In this document: positions 59,038 to 64,000 of the stretch, one piece after another | How positions within the stretch are numbered: the stretch's first letter is position 1 | Layout of the letters: every line of letters starts with the position of its first letter | Source: Methanocellales archaeon | GTDB lineage: Archaea; Halobacteriota; UBA148; JAUWXC01 | NCBI GenBank assembly: GCA_030018435.1 | Contig: JASEEY010000001.1 | Location: 11,038-75,037 of the forward strand | Direction: 5' to 3' | Length of the DNA stretch: 64,000 nucleotides | Notes under the pieces: model-generated | What the model saw: the letters and a program-made list of their open reading frames with translations, nothing else | Told to the model about the DNA's origin: nothing | The model's database searches: none | Program-made: the position numbers and the translations under genes

Positions 59038-60076
59038 AAACTCCCGCACCTGCGAACGTAGCCATTTCTTTCAATATCTTTGTGCTCGCTTCCACAATGC
59101 TTATCCCAAGAGCTGCTCCAGTCCCCTCCCCCAGTCGCATGCGTAGGTCGAGAAGTGGCCTCAAGCCCATTCTTTCTAACATGACCCTGTGACCTATCTC
59201 GACCGAATTGTGAGAGGCAATTATATACTGCTTTGCCAGAGGGGCGAGTTCTGTTGCAAGAAGGGCGCCAGCAGTGGAGATAAATCCATCTGTTACCACC
59301 GGTATCCTATGGGCCGCTGCACCCAAGACTACACCAGCCAATCCACCAATCTCAAAGCCTCCAACTTTTGCCAGAACATCTAAAGGGTCATTTTTGTCTG
59401 GAGAGTTGACCTTCAGTGCCTTTTTAATCACCCGTACCTTAGCCTCCAGCGCAGTATCATCAATTCCCGTTCCCCTGCCAGTAACTCTTTCAACTTTTTC
59501 CCCTGTGACGGCGGCCACGATTGCGCTGGATGGAGTTGTGTTTCCAATGCCCATGTCCCCTGTTCCCACGACATCCAGGCCTTTCTCCAACTCCTCTTCA
59601 AAGACTTCTATCCCTGCTTCAATCGACCTCACCGCTTGTTCGCTACTCATAGCCGGGCCCTTAGTCATGTTTTTCGTTCCATAGTCCACTTTTTTATTCA
59701 CTAGATTCTGATGCTCCATGTCAGCAGCCACACCCATATCGACAACTACAACTCTGGCACCAACATGTCTAGCTAGAACATTTATACCCGCCCCGCCCCT
59801 AATGAAATTATAAACCATCTGAGGAGTCACTTCCTGAGGATATGCGCTTACTCCTTCTTCGACCACACCATGATCACCAGCCATCGTTATGATCACTTTA
59901 TCACGTATTCTGGGCATGGAATTTCTTGTAATCCCTGCCACTTGAATTGATAAATCTTCTAGTATCCCTAAACTCTCCTTGGGCTTGGTCAGGAGGTCTT
60001 GCCTTTCCTTGGCAAGTCTCATTGCCCTTTCATCCAGCGACTCAATTTGATCAATCGTTTCTCTGATTTTCTGCAT
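59015..60076 (-). CDS. cobT: archaeal CobT-like nicotinate-nucleotide-dimethylbenzimidazole phosphoribosyltransferase homolog
   Basis: 353 aa with CobT-family sequence (GDMGIGNTT). Confidence 0.7.
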   Translation of the reverse strand: MQKIRETIDQIESLDERAMRLAKERQDLLTKPKESLGILEDLSIQVAGITRNSMPRIRDKVIITMAGDHGVVEEGVSAYPQEVTPQMVYNFIRGGAGINVLARHVGARVVVVDMGVAADMEHQNLVNKKVDYGTKNMTKGPAMSSEQAVRSIEAGIEVFEEELEKGLDVVGTGDMGIGNTTPSSAIVAAVTGEKVERVTGRGTGIDDTALEAKVRVIKKALKVNSPDKNDPLDVLAKVGGFEIGGLAGVVLGAAAHRIPVVTDGFISTAGALLATELAPLAKQYIIASHNSVEIGHRVMLERMGLRPLLDLRMRLGEGTGAALGISIVEASTKILKEMATFAGAGVSTSTLEP

Positions 60077-60085
60077 ATTATCCTC

Positions 60086-60703
60086 TTAAGACTGCACCCT
60101 CTCCAGCACGGTATATGCCGCTGCCCATGCTGCCAGGTTTGCCTCCTCCTCGGTCTCACCGGTCCCTACTACCAAGACGTCGCCCTCTTTCATTTTCATG
60201 TCCTCGCAGAGTACTCTCATGCGCATCCGCATGCGTTCATCAGCGGTGATTGCAGGAATCCTTGGGCCGTCTTTGTCAAATACGAGCGTGGATGCACCCA
60301 TGGTACCTGCTGAAATTGCGGCATCCCTCTGTTCCATTCCAGATTTTATGAGCCTAGCAACGTCTCTGATGAGGACTGCACTGTTCGCTTTTCCAAGCGT
60401 TATCATGCCCGTTTCTATCTTTGGCTGATATGAGACCATCTTTTTGAAATTTGCCAGCATTTCATTCCCTTTTTCGGTTAGCTGACATCCAGTTGGAGAG
60501 GCACAGACCAACCCTTGATCTTGCAACTTCCTGATCAGAGTGCGTACTGTTCCCTCACCCACGTCAAGACGTCCTGCCAATGTCTTTCTACCCATCGGAT
60601 TTTCCCCAAGAATGAAGAAGGCCATGACCACGTGAAACTCCGAATAGTTAGGTGACAAACCCCTCTTTGGTGTGCCCAGCTCCTTTGCAATCTTTACGAT
60701 CAT
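60086..60703 (-). CDS. hypothetical protein with winged-helix-like segment
   Basis: RKTLAGRLDVGEGTVRTLIRKLQDQGLV. The start is uncertain; the track ORF to 60772 overlaps the ATPase gene. Confidence 0.4.
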   Translation of the reverse strand: MIVKIAKELGTPKRGLSPNYSEFHVVMAFFILGENPMGRKTLAGRLDVGEGTVRTLIRKLQDQGLVCASPTGCQLTEKGNEMLANFKKMVSYQPKIETGMITLGKANSAVLIRDVARLIKSGMEQRDAAISAGTMGASTLVFDKDGPRIPAITADERMRMRMRVLCEDMKMKEGDVLVVGTGETEEEANLAAWAAAYTVLERVQS

Positions 60704-60710
60704 ATCATAC

Positions 60711-61997
60711 TCACCTCGCCATTTTTTCGATGATTGGTAAAACCTCTTCTGGGCTATGCAGAACAATTGCACCGTTACTTTTTAGCCTAGTGTAGATTTT
60801 CTTTGCCTCGCCATGGGTAAAGTCTCTTTGCTCGATAGGCGTCTCCTCTATGAGAAGTACTGGCTTGTTTTCCAAAGCGAGTTCGGCTGCTTCTAGGTTT
60901 TTTAAGTTACCATAGCCAAATGGTATATTCGTCAACACAACTACATCTGCTTGATCAATTAGTCCTAGATTGGCTTCGTGCATCTCGCAAGAAATGGGAG
61001 AGAAAGGGGCCTCGCTAACTATGGGAATACCTAGACGCTGATGCGTTTCGTGATCGGTATCTATTGCATTAAGCACACCTGCGGTTACCTGGTGCCCTTT
61101 CTCGATGAGAAGATGCATCAACTGCGAGCCAGTACCAGCGCCACATATTATGTGAATGACAAATGGGCTTCGCCCTTTTGAAACCCCCTCATGGAAGGGG
61201 GTCGAGGGAAGTAAAGTAACATATATCGAATTGGTTGCAGGATGTCTTTTCACTAACACCTCTGCATCATATACCCTTTTGATGTTTTCAGCCGTCAGAA
61301 CTTTTTCTGGCGAGCCAAGAGAAAATATCTTCCTCTGATGAAGTAACATGAGAAGATCGCAGTAGAGGGCAGCCAAATTAAGGTCATGGAAGACCGCTAT
61401 GATGATCATCTTTTCTTCCCTGTTCAACCTTTTGATCAAGTTTAATATCTCTATCTGGTGGTTGATATCTAGATGCATGGTGGGTTCATCTAGAAGAAGG
61501 ACTTTGGGTTCTTGTGCGAGAGCCCTAGCAATGACGATCCGTTGTCTTTCCCCTCCACTTAACTCAGTGATCGGTCTTTGGGAAAGGTGGCGTGTATTGG
61601 TTAACTTCATGGCCTTTTTGGCTATGGCTAAATCCTTAGCGCTTTCGATCTCAAATCTACCTAGGTGGGGGGTGCGCCCCATGAGCACGATCTCCAACGC
61701 CGTAAAGTCAAAACTTATTGGCGATTCCTGAGGTACAACAGCTAAATTTCTGGCCACCTCTTTGCTGGGCAGAGCATAAATATTTTTTTCGTTCAAAAGA
61801 ACCGTTCCTATGTGGGGACGCATCGTCCTGCTAATACTCCTGAGCAAAGTCGTTTTGCCCGATCCGTTTGGTCCCAACACACCTACAAAGTCGCCTCCAC
61901 TGGCGGAGAACTCAATGTTCTCCAGAATCTCGGCGCTCTCATAGCGACAAGCGATGTTATTAATTTTTAGCGTAATGAATGACATTATTATCACCAC
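60711..61997 (-). CDS. ABC transporter ATP-binding protein (BtuD/FecE type) fused to a C-terminal domain of about 175 aa with unknown function
   Basis: GPNGSGKTTLL, LSGGERQR, LLLDEPT, then a Rossmann-like FVIHIICGAGTGSQ... extension. Confidence 0.8.
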   Translation of the reverse strand: MVIIMSFITLKINNIACRYESAEILENIEFSASGGDFVGVLGPNGSGKTTLLRSISRTMRPHIGTVLLNEKNIYALPSKEVARNLAVVPQESPISFDFTALEIVLMGRTPHLGRFEIESAKDLAIAKKAMKLTNTRHLSQRPITELSGGERQRIVIARALAQEPKVLLLDEPTMHLDINHQIEILNLIKRLNREEKMIIIAVFHDLNLAALYCDLLMLLHQRKIFSLGSPEKVLTAENIKRVYDAEVLVKRHPATNSIYVTLLPSTPFHEGVSKGRSPFVIHIICGAGTGSQLMHLLIEKGHQVTAGVLNAIDTDHETHQRLGIPIVSEAPFSPISCEMHEANLGLIDQADVVVLTNIPFGYGNLKNLEAAELALENKPVLLIEETPIEQRDFTHGEAKKIYTRLKSNGAIVLHSPEEVLPIIEKMAR

Positions 61998-63044
61998 CTA
62001 GAACATCGACCTCTTTCTCCTGCGCAAAAGGTAAACGAAGAACGGAGCGCCAAAGAGCGCCGTGATGATGCCCACTGGTATCTCTGTAGGGGCGATGATC
62101 GTTCTAGCAAGGGTGTCTGCCCAGACCAAGAAAATTCCTCCTACAAGAGCAGAGCTAGGAAGAAGAATTCGGTGGTCCGGTCCAACTAAAATTCTCACAA
62201 TGTGGGGAATTATCAGGCCAACGAACCCGATTATTCCACTAACAGCCACTGCCGCTGCGGTAATCAAAGAAGCTGAGACCATCATGACCTTTTTCAGGGC
62301 CTCCACCTCTATTCCCAGATGCTGAGCTGGCTCTTCGCCTAGAAGCATTACATTCAAATCCCGAGCGAAGATGTAGATGACCGACGTGCCAACACAGATC
62401 CAGGGAAGGACCATCCAAACACGATCCCATGAGCTGGCCCACAATCCCCCCATCAACCAAAAGACGATCCCATGTAATCTCTCGCCGGAGATGTACATCA
62501 TAAATGAAGTGATGGCTGATAGAAAAAGGCTCACTGCTATCCCAGCAAGTAGTAATGTTCCTACAGGCAGCCTTCCTCCCACGCTTGCGATATTATAGAC
62601 AAGAAAGATAGCACCCACGGCGAAGATAAAAGCCATCAAGGGCATGGTGTACACGCTCATGTGAGCAAGTCCAAGCATGGCTAAGGTCGCCCCCAGAGCG
62701 GCGCCAGAGGAGATTCCAATTATGTAGGGATCTGCCATGGGATTTTTGAATAGTCCTTGCATCGTCGCACCAGCGACGCTAAGTGCCCCTCCTACCAATA
62801 TTCCCAAGAGGATCCTAGGTAGTCGAATCTGAAGAACTATGGTTTCCTCGGCAATAGACCTAGAGGGGGCAACCAAGCCATTTACCAAAGGCAATCTACT
62901 GATTAGTATCTTTAAAACAACTAGGGGGGCTATCTGCGCAGGACCCAAGGTTGTCGCTAGGACAATAGTCAACCCTAAGATCCCCGTTAGGTAAACTACA
63001 ATTAATCTCCATTGTAGAACCTTTTCGAGATAATTTTTATACAA
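61998..63044 (-). CDS. FecCD/BtuC-family ABC permease
   Basis: 348 aa, about 10 TM helices, BtuC-like. Confidence 0.85.
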   Translation of the reverse strand: MYKNYLEKVLQWRLIVVYLTGILGLTIVLATTLGPAQIAPLVVLKILISRLPLVNGLVAPSRSIAEETIVLQIRLPRILLGILVGGALSVAGATMQGLFKNPMADPYIIGISSGAALGATLAMLGLAHMSVYTMPLMAFIFAVGAIFLVYNIASVGGRLPVGTLLLAGIAVSLFLSAITSFMMYISGERLHGIVFWLMGGLWASSWDRVWMVLPWICVGTSVIYIFARDLNVMLLGEEPAQHLGIEVEALKKVMMVSASLITAAAVAVSGIIGFVGLIIPHIVRILVGPDHRILLPSSALVGGIFLVWADTLARTIIAPTEIPVGIITALFGAPFFVYLLRRRKRSMF

Positions 63045-63717
63045 TCCTCACAACCTCGTACTTTAAACTTTCATCGCCTTTTAAACAAGATACATTGCGC
63101 AGGTACTTTCTTGCTATGTTTACAGCGCTCTCTACTTCTTCTTTCATTGGAGCTCTCCAAGGGGTTTCTGGAACGGGGGTGTATGCGTCTATCCTATATG
63201 GAATGCTTGGGTCGACGCTGGCTATAAACCGAGCAATGTTTTCGATTTCATCGCAACCGATGTAGTTTGGTATAAGGATGCTTTCCGATCTTAGCCTGAC
63301 ACCGGACCGATAGAGATTCACAAAATTTTCCAATACTTTTTTATTCGATTTTCCTGTGAAGTCTTTGTGCAGGGTGTTGCTATGGGCTTTTAAACTTAGA
63401 CACACCTCATCTATATCATCGAGCGACGGAAGAAAGAAACCATTCGTGAGTAAGATATTATATGCGTGGAGCTCACAATGAATTAACTCTGCCAACTCCT
63501 GCAATTGAGGGTCTATGGTGGGTTCCCCACCCATGAAAACAACTTTTTCGATTTCTAGATTTCTCAAGTTGTCGATTACCTCCTTTAAGTCAAGAAGCAG
63601 GGTTTTTGTCGCCAAATCTTTTTTACGGATGCATCCTCTGCAATCGAAGTTACAGCCCCAGAAATACAGACAAACCGTTTTAGTGGTAGGAGCATAAGTG
63701 ATGTGGTAGATGTTCAT
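63037..63717 (-). CDS. small radical SAM protein (QueE/NrdG-like organic radical activase family, 226 aa) embedded in the transporter operon
   Basis: GCNFDCRGC is a CxxxCxxC motif. FMGGEPT. Overlaps both neighbours. Confidence 0.7.
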   Translation of the reverse strand: MNIYHITYAPTTKTVCLYFWGCNFDCRGCIRKKDLATKTLLLDLKEVIDNLRNLEIEKVVFMGGEPTIDPQLQELAELIHCELHAYNILLTNGFFLPSLDDIDEVCLSLKAHSNTLHKDFTGKSNKKVLENFVNLYRSGVRLRSESILIPNYIGCDEIENIARFIASVDPSIPYRIDAYTPVPETPWRAPMKEEVESAVNIARKYLRNVSCLKGDESLKYEVVRIV

Positions 63718-64000
63718 TGATAACCGCCTCCCTCGAATAATTCTGGGTGTATATACCTAGCCATCTCCTCTAGCCCATCCACTATCCTAGGTCCGGCCCT
63801 AGCAACGAGATCTGTATCTATCCCATGGATTCGATCGCTCCTAGCAGCAGATATGTTTGTGTCTTGCAACAAAACCCTCATATTCTCAACCGTCGGTCCT
63901 CCAGCACCGTGCCTTGAAGAAACTATGATGATATCTGGATTGCGCTCAATCAGCATCTCCAAGCTGTAGACAGGATATTCTGTTTTAGCATCGCCAGCGA
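63714..64000 (-). CDS. periplasmic substrate-binding protein of BtuF/FecB type, C-terminal part; 5' end beyond the window
   Basis: The frame is open to the window end. ...NPDIIIVS... resembles class III SBPs. Confidence 0.55.
   Translation of the reverse strand, partial: AGDAKTEYPVYSLEMLIERNPDIIIVSSRHGAGGPTVENMRVLLQDTNISAARSDRIHGIDTDLVARAGPRIVDGLEEMARYIHPELFEGGGYQ

Overview
The window is a protein-dense chromosomal segment from a euryarchaeon, with about 48-50% GC and short archaeal-style intergenic regions. It has three archaeal intron-containing tRNAs. A wHTH-regulator/cdc48/hsp20 operon is preceded by an exact CTAAC-N5-GTTAG palindrome. From memory, this matches the Archaeoglobus fulgidus HSR1 heat-shock operon and operator, so I read the segment as Archaeoglobales-like; the organism is not proven. 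Hydrogen metabolism dominates. A Tat-exported membrane-bound Vht/Vho-type [NiFe] hydrogenase (small, large and cytochrome b subunits) is at 984-4645, and its small subunit is split by an apparent frameshift. Convergent to it is a minimal Ech-type group-4 [NiFe] hydrogenase (4680-8062, minus strand) with no large antiporter subunit. A partial maturation set (hycI-like protease, hypE, hypA, hypC) is at 53.3-55.3 kb. Other content includes moaA (partial), tmk, guaB, nfnAB-like genes and a C1/cofactor/purine/pyrimidine block (cofE, DHPS-like, purH, thiC, folD, glyA, a 509-aa radical SAM, carS, pyrE, purD, argF). There are also pgk, an RNA ligase, five tandem CBS-only proteins, a GTPase/DUF2073/Zn-ribbon trio, pyrH, aRF1, argS, cobT, and a BtuFCD-like ABC importer operon with an embedded small radical SAM and an ATPase carrying an unknown C-terminal domain. 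There are four tRNAs, all on the minus strand: iMet(CAU) with a roughly 154-nt intron, Gln(CUG) with a 51-nt intron, Thr(UGU) with a 55-nt intron, and Glu(CUC) without one. I found no CRISPR array, integrase or transposase. The only clearly accessory-looking patch is an AT-rich islet at about 25.5-26.8 kb encoding a Hjc-like PD-(D/E)xK nuclease and a hicB/hicA pair. I also found two small zinc-ribbon ORFs below the 60-aa cutoff and a truncated methyltransferase pseudogene. No single spectacular novel system is provable from sequence alone. The best candidates for follow-up are the antiporter-less Ech module, the radical-SAM-containing transporter operon, the CBS array and the nuclease/TA islet.
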